Source of the DNA: Eledone cirrhosa
Taxonomy: Eukaryota
NCBI GenBank assembly: GCA_964016885.1
Contig: OZ024743.1
Location: forward strand, 69,688,001-69,752,000
Direction: 5' to 3'
Length of the DNA: 64,000 bases
The first letter of the stretch is position 1. Each line of letters begins with the position of its first letter. A program made the translations under genes and the position numbers. The notes below the pieces were generated by a model. The model did no database searches. It was not told the DNA's origin and worked only from the letters and a program-made list of their open reading frames with translations. Below are positions 39,886 to 56,225 of this stretch, piece after piece.

Positions 39886-40928
39886 GTAGATACATACGTA
39901 CGTACATATGAATATTTATAATCTTCTTTGTGAAGCTCTCTTCCTTTGTATCCACTGTGGTTTTATTTTTTCCAACACTGAATATATATATATTTTTCTG
40001 AAGCCAATATTTAAATATCCTTCATCATTTTGTTTTAGCTTTGATCCGTTTTTAACATACAGCGTCTTCAAATTGCTTATTTTTGTACCAGCCAAATTGG
40101 TCGCAAATTACTGGCCAGGACAGTTTTCTTTTTATATAATTAAAACAAAAATAACATATCGAAATTTTGCACTAATTAAACAGTCTAGCTAATGAGCATC
40201 CTTTTATCCAGACGTTATTATTGCTAGAAATGTCAGCCATTTTGCTGTATATTGATTTACAAATATGGGGAATGTACATAAGCAATGGAATACACGAGTT
40301 TTAATTTGACTGGTTTTGACTGTTGGAACTGGTTTAATCGTAGGTTTGACGGAATTTTGACTACGGGAACTGGTTTGATCGTAGGTTTTCTTGTAACTCG
40401 GTTGTCCAATTGCTAAGCATTTCTTATTTTACAACAATTCGTTTACCAGTCCATGAGGAGTTATCGATCTATACAAGCATATCTACCATTATTCACTACT
40501 TCCTTATTCGATTAAGCTACCCATTATTTACACAAATCCTTTCTAGTTGCCCTCCCTCATTCCCATTATAAACTATGAAGAATTTAATAAATATATATTC
40601 TTAAGGTGAGGTCAAATTCATATTTAATCTAATTGAGGCTCCAAAAGTTGTACCAGTCTTGTACTGGGGTCGATTACTCCAATCTATCTCTTTCTCACGT
40701 CCCTTTCTCACACTCTATCCTTCTCTGGAGGAAATCTGTTGTATTCAGACCTACAGAGAATTTGGCTCCACCAGGTTTCAAGATGGCCTAGTGATGCTAT
40801 ATGTTAATATGAAGTCACGGGACATGCATGTATGCATATTCTTAAAAACGCAGTTTTCGATTGTTGCTGTCGTTTTTCTTTCTTTTAGAATGGGGAGAAT
40901 CTATTTCATATTTATTTCGTTTCAATAA

Positions 40929-41116
40929 TTGTTTCTAGTTTTGGCACAAGGCCAGTAATTATCTCAGTATAATACTAGTACTTTATTTTATCGATCCCTT
41001 ACGGATGAAAGGCAAAGTTAACCTCGGCGTGATTTGAACTCAGATCATAAAGGTGCGTAACTCTTTGTTGCAAAGCATGGCGTCCGACCCTCTACCGATA
41101 CTGCCAATCCACCACC
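40929..41116 (-). mobile_element. tRNA-derived SINE, near full length
   Basis: Reverse-complement match to 29325-29512. Confidence 0.85.
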
Positions 41117-41579
41117 GTTTCAATAATGGCGTTTAATTTAGAAACAAGTTCAGCAATTTGTGGGGAACTAAATTTGTGGGGAACCTCAGTATTTAGGTAC
41201 TATTCTATTTTATCAAACAAATCTAAATCGTGTGTTCCAGTAAAATCAGCGGAATATCTATGAACCTGTAACGTAGATCTCAAAAAAAGTCAGCACGAAA
41301 TGGTTGGCTCTATGAATTACAGGTACAACTTAGTTTTGCTAGCTGTGTGAACTGGAGTAGCGGGGAGTGAAATGTTTTGCTTAAGGATACAGATACAACG
41401 TGTGACACTAGCCGGGAATAAGCAATGCACCTTAACATTTCGTTTCACTATCGACAATAAAATTCCAATATTTATATTTAAATTTTAATCCAAATTAGTG
41501 TAATATTGAATTTTATATTTATTTATGACAGTGGATATGTGATTTATTGTCATAAAAGAACGCTTTCAACAAAGAGTTG

Positions 41580-41900
41580 CGTGCGAGCACGGATCACCCC
41601 GTAGCCTCCCGCCTCATAGCCATCTTCCGCAGGCGTTGGTACAGACATGTCCTCCGCCTCCTACCATATCATCATACTAGGGGCTTATTCTCGACGCAGT
41701 AGCTACAGGTTGGAAGAGGCCCCGCGAGATGCACAGCACCAAATGGTTGGATGTCATCAAAGAAGTTCTCCAGAGACTCGACGTCACCTTGAAGGATGCA
41801 GAAGAGCTGGCACTAGACCGCCAGTGATGGAGAGCACCAGTGGACCTGGTCGGCGCTACGCACGGTGATGCCTTTGGAATCTCTGACGTATGATGACTCC
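41580..41900 (+). mobile_element. RTE-clade LINE 3' fragment
   Basis: RRWYRHVLRL...GWKRPR...TKWLDVIKEVLQRLDVTLKDAEELALDRQ*WR across frameshifts. Confidence 0.7.
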
Positions 41901-42494
41901 AATCTCATCGTGCAAAAGCAAGAAAAATAAGATAAATATTATAAATGAAACGATTTACCAATAAGATGTGTTTTCTATTTTTAATCAGGTAGTTAGCTTC
42001 ACTTTTGTAACGTAGAACCAGGAATACTTTCAAATGGATATCAAAAGGAATGGTTTTATTGTTGGGAAGAAACCCTAAAATTTCCAACAGGACACAATTT
42101 AATCTAAATTAAATTTGGGCAATGAATATTAGCTTTTCTCAAGATGTTTTCGGAATAAAACCTCACACAAATTGTGCAACATTTTTTGTTTCTCTTTCTT
42201 TTCCTGTAATACATTCTTAATAAAATTTGCATTTTGTTAATTTTCAGACTTTTTTAACATGAGCGGTGAAACTTTATTTTCACCGAATTTAATTCTATGA
42301 GTCTAAACTCGTCCGTGGTGCAGCACAAATACAAATGGATAGCATCATCAATAACGTTTAATTCCAGTATAAAGTTAATATTTCATGTTTATGTGAATAT
42401 ATTAATCGGCAAGAGAGAGTTTTAAAAATAATACATAAAAAATATTGTATATTTACAAGCTACATTTCTGTCTTTCGGTGGCTATTCAACTAAG

Positions 42495-42685
42495 TAATAG
42501 TGTGTCCGTGAAACAGATACATATACACTGAATTCGAACACAAAAGAACCGAAGTCCCGCTGTCACAGCACCCATCTCTCATATTATGAGCAAATGAGAG
42601 ACCACGTGCCAGGGGCCCCGTGGTCCCGGAGGACAGAATAGAGAAGGCGTTTCCCCTGATGATGGATGCACAATGAAACATTTGT
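42495..42685 (-). mobile_element. CRE-like retrotransposon 3' remnant
   Basis: SIIRGNAFSILSSG plus 3' UTR similarity (CTTTTGTGTTCGAA) to the 35815 copy. Confidence 0.55.
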
Positions 42686-42739
42686 TTCAAAACTTACGTC
42701 GTTGTTAATTTATCCTTAGAGATAAAGGAACTGATTCCC

Positions 42740-43628
42740 TTCTGCCATTGACGACGATAAATTGAGGAATTTGGTGAAAGTAAATCCTCGAATAACTGCT
42801 TGAGAGTTTGCAAGAGAGTTAAATGTAAGTAATGAAACAATTCCTGATCATTTGAACCGAACTGGAAAGAAGAAGATTGAAAATGGGTGCCACACGAATT
42901 AAAAGAAAACCAGAAAAATCATAATTATGAAATCTGATCGTCACTTCCTTTCCCTAACAAAAACTACTACCCATTTCTAGATCACATCGTGATAGAGATG
43001 AAAGATTATGGATATCTATAACATGGTTGGCGACGTTCAGCGCAGCAGTTGAGCCGAAATGAAGCTCCTAAATACTTCCCAAAACTGAAATTGCACCACA
43101 AGTAACTTCGTAGAAGTTGGCAGTTAGGGAAATTCATTACAGCTTTCTAAATCATGGTGAACCAATCACAAAATAGATCTGTCGTTACGAAATTGATGAA
43201 ATGTATCACAAACTGCAGCATATTTTTTTAGCATCGCTCAATTGAAAAGATTCAATCCTTTTAAACGCCAACGCCTGACAACACATAACAAATCCAGCAT
43301 TCAAGAATTTGAACGAATTGGGTTACGAAATTTTACATTACCCAGCATACACCTCAGATCCTTCACCAACCGACTACCACATTTTCAAGAATTTCGACAA
43401 TTTCTTGCATGGAAAGGTTTTCAACAACTAAACAGCTGCAAAAATCACTTCTAATAATTTATCGCCTCCAGAATTCTATGTTGCTGGAATAAATAACATT
43501 ATTTCTTGTTGATAAAAATGAGTAGATTCTAACGGTTTTTATTTCAATCAATAAAGTTTGTTCGGAATTGAGATATGTGGTTTTCAAATTAATGTTTCAA
43601 AACGGCATTAATTTCTGAACAACCATAT
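42740..43628 (+). mobile_element. Decayed mariner transposase pseudogene with 3' TIR remnant
   Basis: IDDDKLRNLVKVNPRIT..FARELNVS HTH, WVPHEL, FLDHIV, PAYTSDPSPTDYHIF (YSPDLAP.DY motif); many stops and frameshifts. Confidence 0.85.
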
Positions 43629-44324
43629 ACAATTCTTGGCTAAATTATGACACTTCGTCACCCCATCTAATTTTCATCCAACTATAATAATAACATAATG
43701 GATGTTTATAGCAAATAATCAATAACTTATTTATAGCATGCAAATAGGTTTTTAATTAATTATTTTCACAGTTACTTATACTTTAGAAAACACGTCATTG
43801 CGCTGGACAAATTGTTGCATTATGATGTCGGGCTTCATTTCTCTATTGATATCAACAAGAAATAACAAAATATGTTAAAATGAAAGCAGGGTAAAAACAA
43901 CTCAAGACAATATTTAAACGGTATTTACTAACACAATAAATATAATTTAAAATACTTCCGTTTTCCTATTTCAGTTTTAAATTTCGTAGTCCTAATTCAA
44001 TTTAACAGAAGTACTCTATACAATTACCGATCCCCCCACCGCCTGTTCCAACTCTCTCGCTCATAAGAATTTAACCAAATGTCACCCGCCCCACACACAC
44101 TTATTCCAACTCCCCCTATTATTTGGGACCCGAGAGTAAGAACTGGATAATTATTCACGCAGTTTTTCTTGTTTTTATTGTAGAACTCTGTAATATTTTT
44201 TATTAAATATTCCTACATACATCTCTAATATCATTAAACACTTTATGTATTCAAAAACGTACTCTCGCGGGATTGTGAACACATTTGGTACATATGTGGA
44301 ATTTTTTATTACTAAAATCTATAA

Positions 44325-44590
44325 TTCTTCTTCTTCTTCTTCTTCTTCTTCTTCTTCTTCTTCTTCTTCTTCTTCTTCTTCTTCTTCTTCTTCTTCTTCA
44401 CCTGCTTATTCCTGTGAGGGTCGTAGGGGCAGAGTCCTCAAACATTCCTTCCACCAGTTCCTATCTGAAGCAACTCTCTCCAATTGATCCGACTGGGTCC
44501 GCAAGCGAGACCATCAAATCTCATGGATGTTAACCAACTATCTTGCTCTGGGTCATTCCCTGGCTCTCCTGACGGTTGGTTCTGCCCGTA
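44325..44590 (-). mobile_element. RTE-like LINE 3' end with (GAA)n tail
   Basis: Minus strand WSRL...QLERVASDRNWWKECLRTLPLRPSQE* followed by a long (GAA)n run. Confidence 0.65.
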
Positions 44591-46112
44591 AAATCTGTAC
44601 AGCGATTCTTTCCTGAGACATACATATGAATTAGCAGTTAAAAAACTACATATAGGAATAAATAATATTGTATCTAGTATATATTTCCTAAAATATCTAT
44701 ATATAAAACTTAAAGCTTTTGTGATAAACGCTCTACATAACAATAATGACATGTGTGATAATTTGATTCATTTTGTGTAGCTCTTCGTATAATGTGTAAC
44801 TCTACCAATATATAACGATTGTTTGCTGAAGACTCGTAGCTATGTTGTAAGAATTAAATAACTCAATTCGTCTATAAACTATATTATAAACACTTCGATT
44901 TTCCTCCTTTGTGAAGTTCCAAGATCACGAGATCAGAAGCCAATATACATAAAGTTTTATTCATTCTTATACCAGTGTTAGCTAAACAGTAGATCAAGAT
45001 TCTAGCTATAAATTCATAGTATTTGACCAACATTGGAATTACAGTATAGTAGTCTTCATGGACAACATGCCTTTCACCTTCTGACTTTACCATGCCTTTC
45101 TATGTTTTCGTGAACTCCACTATATATCTATATATTAGCTGGTCATATATGGAAGCCTTGTTTCATTATTTTAATATGTCTTGGGAACTGGAACATGTGC
45201 ACCAGGTATGCATGTCCCTTACAGTCATGAGCACTAAACAAAAGCCTAGATGCTTATGTTTTTTGCCTTGATCTTTTGGATTGATCTTTTCTATCCTACC
45301 TGTGGAAAAGATATCGAGAAATCTTGACGTCAGTTGTAGTTTTATTGGTGCTGTCGTGGTTTATGTTCACAAGCAAAGATTTTCAAGCTGTCAATTATAT
45401 TCTGCTAAGAATTTCGTTTACGCAGCAGTTTGGCCGGTCATCCAGCTAGACCGATTTAAATTTGCCTGGAATAGACAATCTTCGTGCAAATCGTACACGT
45501 AAATCAGTAATGTATCACTATGAGGCCATTCGCATTATTATTATCACCATAAGTTCCACAAAAGCTGGCTCTCTTTAGCAATTTGTAATTCCTTTCATGA
45601 ACAACGACAATGTATCTCTGTTGTTTTCGTTATTCGCTTTTACTCTTCAATCTGGTAAACGTCTTTGTTGATATACACAACATCAAACCCTCTATGTCTT
45701 CTCACTCACTCTCACACATGCACACATATATACCTATATATATATATATATATACATTATGCGCGCACACACGAACACACTTTAAGTCACATGCTCACTC
45801 CATCATTCTCACACACTGTAGCTATGCACCATCTATTCTTCACTCTATTATCTATTGTATTCCACGATGAATCATTACCATTTTCTCACTCCGACGCCAT
45901 TTTACCTTCCTCTTTCCCCCTCCGAACCAATAAACACAATATCATTAGCTGTTTTTTTAAAAGCAAAGCCAAGAAACGTGCACTTATGTAAACACTGGTA
46001 ATTACTTATACGTATACAGAGAAAGAAATGTATATGAAGAGGGATACATTGTCTATACATAAATACAGATACACACAGAAATAGAAATATGAATGTATAT
46101 ATATACATATAC

Positions 46113-46160
<48 letters not shown>

Positions 46161-46266
46161 GTGTGTGTGTGTGTGTGTGTGTGTGTATTTATATATATAT
46201 ACATACATACAAATGTATATTCATGTACATACTAATATGCATATATATATATGCAAATGAATATGC

Positions 46267-46322
<56 letters not shown>

Positions 46323-46644
46323 ATGAATATTACATATGTATTTGCATACATATTTATGTACGATATATATACATATTTACGCGTATTCATATGTGTATAT
46401 ATATAACAGAGCACATATATATGCAGGTATACGCACATATGTACCTCAACATACACATTTGAGAATATATACGTCCAATTACGAATATCTGTGTATACAT
46501 AGCTATAAAGTTACTATGTACAGAGTTATATGAATATACAAGCATATATAGACCGACAGGCATTCAAATACACACACTGACATGCAGAGACAAACATATA
46601 ATATATAATACACACACACAAACACACACACATGTATGTATGTA

Positions 46645-46737
<93 letters not shown>

Positions 46738-46945
46738 CGGCAATATCTGAAGTTCTGATGGAGCATGCATAACATAACATTTAATATGCTGTGTTGGATA
46801 ATCACATCCACAATTATTATTACACTCTCTGGGATAATACAAAGAGACTGATGTAGCATAATTATGTATCATAGTTACACACGTATGAACATCATATTCA
46901 TGTATATATGTATGTATATATATTTAGACACTCACACATAACTTC

Positions 46946-47055
<110 letters not shown>

Positions 47056-47234
47056 TATGACTATATACAACCATGTTTATGTATAAAAACATATATATGT
47101 TTATAAATATACATATATATACATATATATTCGTATATGTATATATATATATATATATATATGCGTTGCAAGATCTTGTGTAATTGCGTCCAACAAATGA
47201 AAGTAAACTAATATGACTACGTATGAATATTTAC

Positions 47235-47307
<73 letters not shown>

Positions 47308-47446
47308 AAGAAAAATTGAAGAAGAGTGAAGGAAAGAGGATGTGGGAGACAGAAATTATCAGATAGAGGTATATATTACAGCATATAATCATATAGCAAC
47401 ATGTATGTAATTGTGTCTAAATGTGTGTGTATGTATACGGGCTTTG

Positions 47447-47480
<34 letters not shown>

Positions 47481-47506
47481 AGTGTAATATAATACAATAT
47501 AATATA

Positions 47507-47567
<61 letters not shown>

Positions 47568-47628
47568 ACGCAATATAATATAATATAATATATATATATA
47601 TATATTATATATACATACATATTTATAT

Positions 47629-47695
<67 letters not shown>

Positions 47696-47967
47696 ATACA
47701 TAGAGATATAGAGAGATAGAGAGAGATGGAAGAGAAGCATATATATATGTATTCCTGTAGATATTCTTGTATGCATGTATATTTAACAATGATACGTTAC
47801 AAATATATATACATAGAGATTAATACACCTTTTATACATACACAATCATATACATATTCATATACATGTATATACTTATACCAATATATTTGAGTATCTA
47901 TATTCTACTATTGTGTAAATATGTGTTCGAGTGTGGGTATATGCATGGAAATATTCGAGTGTGGAAA

Positions 47968-48111
47968 TATTTTTTAGATTATATGTATATTCAATATGTA
48001 TATATATATACATAAAAACATGCAAATACTATGTATACATACTTATTATATATACACACATAAATACCTACATACATACCTACATACATGCATAAATACA
48101 TACATGCATAC

Positions 48112-48163
<52 letters not shown>

Positions 48164-48300
48164 TATTTTTTAGATTATATGTATATTCAAGATGTATATA
48201 TATATATAAATACATGCAAATATATATGTATACATACTTATTGTACATACATACATACATACATACATACATACATACTTACATACGTACATGCATACGT

Positions 48301-48310
<10 letters not shown>
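47968..48310. repeat. Local ~196-bp tandem duplication in low-complexity DNA
   Basis: TATTTTTTAGATTATATGTATATTCAA...CATGCAAATA...GTATACATACTTATT at ~47968 and ~48164. Confidence 0.7.
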
Positions 48311-48346
<36 letters not shown>

Positions 48347-48811
48347 CTGTATGTATATTTCATGCATATATTCATAAATGTTTTCACATATAGACTGTCT
48401 TTTTTGCTGCTGCAAAGTAAAGAGCATAAAATATAATTGTAGTATGTCTGTAGAGAAAACAAGAGGATTTCTCTGTGATTAATTCTAACAAACATTTAAT
48501 ACTTTGAAGTTCAGAATGAGAATAAACGTATAACTATATTTATATATTCATACATGTTTACACACTGTTGAACACACACACACATACAGTCACACATAAA
48601 CACACACACAGATACATATACACAAACAACATGCATACAAACGCTCTCACATACACACGTACATGTTTATGATATACATACATTTAAGTTCATCCATATA
48701 TAAATACACGCGTTTACATATTCTCAAGTGTGTTATTCTGTATGCGCATGTAAGTAAGTATACATATATATATACACATATATAAATATGGAGAGTGAGG
48801 TGTATTCATAT

Positions 48812-48924
<113 letters not shown>

Positions 48925-49134
48925 AGAGAGAAAGGGGAAGGCCTGTGGAATGTTTGCATAAAATATTTGCATCTTTTTTAAAGCTCAACCATTTTCTGCA
49001 ATCTTTTTTTTTTACGTTTAATTCTGCCGCTTCTTCAAACGACTGAACACAAGAAACAACAGAACAATGTGTTCAATTACTGACTTTGTATTTCTCGTAA
49101 TATATCCGTCAATGCAGAATATATAGATATAATT

Positions 49135-49262
49135 ACTAAAGGTAGACGACCGGACGCCATGCTTAGCTGTATAGTGTTACGGTACTTACGGTTTGAGTTC
49201 AAAACCCGTCGAGGTTAACTTTGCCTTTCAACCTTACGGGTCGATAAATTAAATCACCTGCA
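49135..49262 (+). mobile_element. tRNA-derived SINE
   Basis: GAGTTCAAAACCCGTCGAGGTTAACTTTGCCTTTCAACCTTACGGGTCGATAAA. Confidence 0.75.
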
Positions 49263-50389
49263 ATAATATGGTAATGCCTATTTAGATAGGTGTTTTAATA
49301 ACGATCGTAAGGTCACGTGTTCGATACCAGGTGGCACATTGTGTCGTTAAGTAAGGCAGAGTGGTGCTTGCTCTGTTCTTTGTATTTTAATGTTAAAGGT
49401 TCAGTTTTCAAAATTCACTTATCTGTTAAAATGTATTCCCCTGTAATTCAATAAGCCAGTTTTGTCAAACATTGTATCAAAAGGACACCCTGAGATATAC
49501 GTTAGTTTTCGCGAGGCTAGGAAATACTCAGCAATGCTGACGTTCATTTCATGTGCAGGGTGTCGGTTTATAGAAACAACTGCGACAATCATTATCAGAA
49601 CCGATGTACCTCCAACATATATATTACCACCAGTGCTAACAGTACTATGTTGAATAGGTTTATCGTTACAATTCTACGTAGAATCGCATGCCTGTATTTA
49701 TGTTTGAAGAATTCGATTTGCAAGCACATGATTTCGGTTCACTCACACTGTCTGGAAAACTGGGAAAGTGTCCTTATTTATATCCTCCTGTTGACCAAAC
49801 CATTTTGAATGATGTTTGCCTGGCTAAAACATTGTGGAAACCCGTTATGTATAGAGTGTGTGAAAAACATTGAAATCAATGGCCGTCTCCAAGCTTGTGA
49901 ATTAGTGTTATAATGATGACAAATTTTGTGGAATAAATCTTATGATGCTCAACATTAAGCCTGCCTAGACTTGTTGTCGTAGACTTTGTAGTTTCTGGGA
50001 TATTTACGTCTAAAATGATATCTATTTATCTTTTAACACACTGTATATGCGAATCTACTGCTGAGAAACGTGATGCCTTTCCTCGGGATTTGTATGAACA
50101 TTTTGTTAGGTCGATTACGTGTTTCACGGTGTGTCTGGAGTCCGATCGTGTGCCAGTTGAAGAGGCTGAGAGTTCATGGTGACCAGACACTAACCAAACG
50201 GTAAAAGATGTGAAAAATATTTACAGAACATGTCAATGAAGACAGAAGATGAGAAAACACAAGCAGACACACACGCACAAACACACAGACACACACACAC
50301 ACACTCACACACACGCACACACATACATATATATATATATATATACTGACACTCGTGCGCACACAGACACACATACACACACACACACT

Positions 50390-50452
<63 letters not shown>

Positions 50453-51265
50453 AGATAGATAGATGGTTGATAGAGAGAGAGGGGGGAGGGAGTAATGTAG
50501 TTAATACGAATACATTGTGAGACGTGTAGTAAAAGACATAATTTATTTCAACGCTTGTTGAATACGGTAGAAAAATACAAAAGCCACATAATGACATAAA
50601 AAAACAAATGTATTTAAAACAATGTATTTTACTATGATATTGCTGGGCTCCTACCTTATTTTCGGGTGGGAAGCAGAGCATTTCTGACCTATTATTTATT
50701 ACTGTTTTTATTCAGCTGATGAAACTGGCATCTTTAATCCTTAAAATGCCTATATTCCTTTCAGTCGTCTCTATGGAGATTTCAATCTCTTGGCTGCAGC
50801 ATCTTTCAAGATGTTGTTTAACGGAAGAAACCCTCATTGTCACTTATATCTTTATCTGTATATGTAACCTCCATATAGTACTTCCGCTGTATAATGACCT
50901 AATTTTTCTACACGTGATCTTATAGACCACAGCTGCTCTCATGCACACTTCTGCGTTTTGACAAGACGATTAGGAATCATGCTTATATCGGTGTATGGGT
51001 TGGTTTCTGTGGACCAGTCTCCTCAACGAAGGTCCCGAATATGACAGTCCTCTATTTAGTCACTCCCTACGGATGGCTTATGTGATATTAGCTGTAGTCT
51101 TCTTATTGAAATGTGGCAGAATTTAATAGCATAATTTATACTTAGGGGGCAGGTGCCCTCCTTCAATTATTACGTGCTTCTGCCATGCATTTCAGTGATT
51201 GAAAGAAGTAGGGTAGACATTTTCGGTCCACCGAGCTTGACGATGTTAGCATTGGGTATATATGA

Positions 51266-51333
<68 letters not shown>

Positions 51334-51861
51334 TTATACATCTATATATGTATGCATATACATGTAAATAAATATATATATATATTTAGTCATTTGACAA
51401 GATCCCAGACCACATTTGCTTAACAAGTGTGGTGAAGCTCGCCACATCGGACTGGGAAAATAATGTTTACATTGGTCTTTCGATCGCAAATCCAGACAGA
51501 AGGAGCAATGGGAAATAAAATGTCTTGCCCAAGGACATAATGCTTTGTCTGGGAATTGAAATCACGACCACATGATTGTGATTTCTACTCACCCAGGAAC
51601 CTATATATATATATATATATATATATACACTCACATATATATATATGTGTGTGGATGTATGGTGTGTGTGTATCTGTGTGGTGTGTAATTTGTGTATGTG
51701 TAAATGTGTGTCTATATCTATACTCATCTATCAATCTATATACGTGCACGATGTTTCAAGAGGCATTCCATAAATGGAAGTAATTCTTTAAAAACATTAA
51801 TTTGCTGTAAATTTTCTTTTACTTTTCATCTAGCCGCGCTTTCTTACTCGTTCGTATATAT

Positions 51862-51922
<61 letters not shown>

Positions 51923-51923
51923 C

Positions 51924-51962
<39 letters not shown>

Positions 51963-52028
51963 CACACATATATATATATATATATGTATATATATATTTA
52001 TATAAATATAGGTATATATCTATACATA

Positions 52029-52068
<40 letters not shown>

Positions 52069-52095
52069 AATATATATATATATATATATATGTAA

Positions 52096-52133
<38 letters not shown>

Positions 52134-52135
52134 GC

Positions 52136-52188
<53 letters not shown>

Positions 52189-52190
52189 AA

Positions 52191-52356
<166 letters not shown>

Positions 52357-52728
52357 ACATACATAAAAACCTACTTACATAGATACATACATGCATACAT
52401 ACATACATACATACATACACATACATACATACATACATACATGCACTCGTGCGCGTGCGTGTTTGTAATTTTACCATTTTCCAAATACATATAAAAATAC
52501 ATCAATGAAAATTGAAAAAAAAACAAACGCAATCAGTTTTTTCTCCTCTTTTCGTTTACAACAATCCAAATCCAAAACAGAGCAATTCTTCTTTTTTCTT
52601 CCATTTCTCATGACATTTTTATATATATTATTGTAATTTTATCTTCTGTTCAGAAAATAATTAAGGAAAAGTATATATATATATATATATATACATTAAA
52701 CATATATATTTGTATATATATATATATT

Positions 52729-52814
<86 letters not shown>

Positions 52815-52826
52815 TACATATATACA

Positions 52827-52868
<42 letters not shown>

Positions 52869-52949
52869 AATATATATATATATACACATTATATATATAT
52901 TTGTATATATCTATCTATATATTTATATATATATATATGTATATATATT

Positions 52950-52982
<33 letters not shown>

Positions 52983-53180
52983 GCATACATATATACATAA
53001 TACATATACATATATATATATACATATTATATATATATTTGTATATATATATCAATATATTTATATATATTTGTATATATATTTATATGTATATATATAT
53101 ATGTGTGTATATATATGTATATATATATATATTAGTATATATATATATTTGTGTATATATATATATACATATATATGTAT

Positions 53181-53306
<126 letters not shown>

Positions 53307-53319
53307 TATGCATATATAT

Positions 53320-53442
<123 letters not shown>

Positions 53443-53443
53443 C

Positions 53444-53496
<53 letters not shown>

Positions 53497-53951
53497 CAAC
53501 TTGTTCTACTTCTATTTTAGAACATCTCTTCACCAAACCTCTAGTCTTGACTTCTACTTCTTTCCACTATTTGGAGAAGGAATGGAATCGCCTAATTTTT
53601 AATTACAATCTTTCTCCGTGACTTTTTGTCTTACTTCAAACATCTTAATCATTAGTCTTTTCTATTTTTCTCTGAGTTCTTTAAAGGTGAATTTGCAGCA
53701 GGAGATTGTGGGCTCCATTGTGTGTCGGGGATTGGGTGGTGTAGGGTTTGTGTCGCGGCGTGGTTTTCGTTTGCGTTCCATATATATATATATATATATT
53801 TTTTTTTTTTTCTATTGCTTCAATCCCAACCATTCCACCTCCTCTTTCCAACTAATTTACGTTTCTCATCCGATAATCTTATTTAATCTAATAATCTTGT
53901 ATATATGTATGCCTGTCTCTTTGCATGTGTGTCTGTTTTAATATATATATA

Positions 53952-53992
<41 letters not shown>

Positions 53993-54033
53993 TTGGGGAG
54001 GGTCATATTTGTGTAATAATATTGCCAGAATTG

Positions 54034-54069
<36 letters not shown>

Positions 54070-54351
54070 ATGTGTGTGTGCATATGTATGTATGTTTTTA
54101 ATCATATATTGTGTATGTGTGTATGAATATATATATGAATGTATGTAATTATATATATATGTATGAGTGAGTGTATATGTATGAATTCTAATGTATGATC
54201 ATCATATTGAGGTTACTATCTTCCGTACTGTATTCATATCATCGTCTTATATATTTTTCTAGTTCTCTACTATACAAGGTTACCTTAGACCGGAATACTT
54301 ATTGACATTATGTCCTTGGGCAAGTTTCTTTATTTCCCGTTGCTCCAGTTC

Positions 54352-54590
54352 ACATATCAATCAACATTAACGTTTGCAGTGGAGACTTCTGGTGTCATTG
54401 GCCCTGAGACCACTTCTCTACTCACAACCATCGGCAAGTGGAATGGCTCTTCCAACGCGTATCAATCTCCATCGTCCAGGAAAACGCCTTCTCTATTCTG
54501 TCCTCCTGGACAGTCCGGCGGCCAGCGCGTGGGCTGCCGTTTTCTAATAATACTGAGTGTTCTGGTCAGCGAGGGAGGCAGAGGCGGGTA
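54352..54590 (+). mobile_element. CRE-like retrotransposon 3' remnant
   Basis: FAVETSGVIGPETTSLLTTIG / EWLFQRVSISIVQENAFSILS. Confidence 0.7.
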
Positions 54591-54738
54591 AATGAAAAAA
54601 AACATAAAAACTTATTTACTTACTCATTTACCACTTTTACTTTACAATATATCTTCAATATAATTTTATTTATATTAAGTATTTCCGTAGGAAGTGTAAA
54701 GAAAAGGAGAGTGCTCTATGTAAAAGCTACATAACTAT

Positions 54739-54864
54739 TTAGTTATGTAATAAACAACATAAGACAATTATTCCATTTACCAAAGTTTTCACGAAGACAG
54801 ACGAACTCGACACAGACGACTGAAATCGCTCATCAGAATGAAATGTTGTTTATTACATAACTAA
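54739..54864 (-). mobile_element. Hammerhead-like motif enclosed by 22-bp perfect inverted repeats
   Basis: TTAGTTATGTAATAAACAACAT / ATGTTGTTTATTACATAACTAA; minus strand CTGATGA-GCGA...TCGT-GAAAAC-tttg-GTA. Confidence 0.6.
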
Positions 54865-55329
54865 TTTTATTTATATAAAATAAAAAATCATAATCAAATT
54901 TATTTCAAATAGCAACAACACTCAGATATACACAAACGGGAAATGAAGGGAAAGGCATGGTCTCTGGGGTCACAGAAAAATGGGAAGAGGAACGGAGGGC
55001 GTGATGGCCTCTGGGCCTAGGGCACGGTGGTGTTGGTGCTGCACCCTGCGGGCAAGATCGCAAAGGCATTAGCTGCAAAGCTCTAACCACTAAGACAAGC
55101 TGGTTCATTGCGGTTACTGAGAAGCACACTTTTATATACACATATGAAATAGATAGATAGAAAGGCATCAAATATACGGAGAGAGACGGGGAACAGGTTT
55201 GACCTGGTAAATCTAACTGACGGGTGCTTGACTTAAAGTAATTGGAGGACAATCATCACTTGTAAGATGACCCTATCAATGGAAGGAGGCGGACGGGTAT
55301 TTATACTAAAAGTGGAATCAGCCAGTATA

Positions 55330-56225
55330 TGCACCCAGTAGCACCACTACTCCGCCATCGCCAACCTCATAGCCACCTGCTCCCACGAGTTTCCAGCACT
55401 GCCACCGCTTCCATCACAACAAACAACATAATCATCCTCTATACCGTAACCACTATTACTACCACCCCCACCATAATACCGTCCATCACCACCACAGTAA
55501 CAACAATATCAACAAAAACAACATTGTGAAAACCACCACCACCAACAACAACATTGTTATTAACTCCACCATTGCTAACGTTGCCATCACCACCATTATC
55601 ACCCACATACCACCTACACAACCACCAACAATAACACGACCAACGTCACTAGCTACACCACTACCACCGCCACCAACCACATGTTACTGCCACCATTACC
55701 ATTAAGAACACCACGAAAAGCAATACCGTCTCCACCGTTACCATCACCAACATTACCCCCCCCCCCCCCCCACACACACACACACGACCACCATCACATG
55801 CACCAACAGCAGCAACACCGTTACAACCACCACCACCAACACCACCACCAACACCACCACCAGCACTACCACCACCGCTACCACCACTACCACCTCTACC
55901 ACCACCACCACCAACAACACTACTACCACCACCACCACCAACACCACCGCCACCGCCACCTCCACCAACACCAATACCCCCACCACTACCGCTACCACCA
56001 ACACCAACACCACTACCACCACTACCACCACCACAACCAACACCAACACCACTACCAACACACCACCAACACCACTTCCACCACTACCAACACACCACCT
56101 CCACCACTTCCACCACTACCAACACACCACCTCCACCACTTCCACCACCACCAACACCAACACCACTACCAACACGCCGCCTCCACCATTTGCACCACTA
56201 CCACCGCACCACCATCCACAAACTA
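55330..56225. repeat. C/A-rich (CAC/CAA/TAC) low-complexity tract
   Basis: Directly visible. Confidence 0.85.

Noticed and set aside
50690-51260. Possible decayed RT fragment on the minus strand
   Set aside because: Only a vague motif resemblance; cannot be supported without a search
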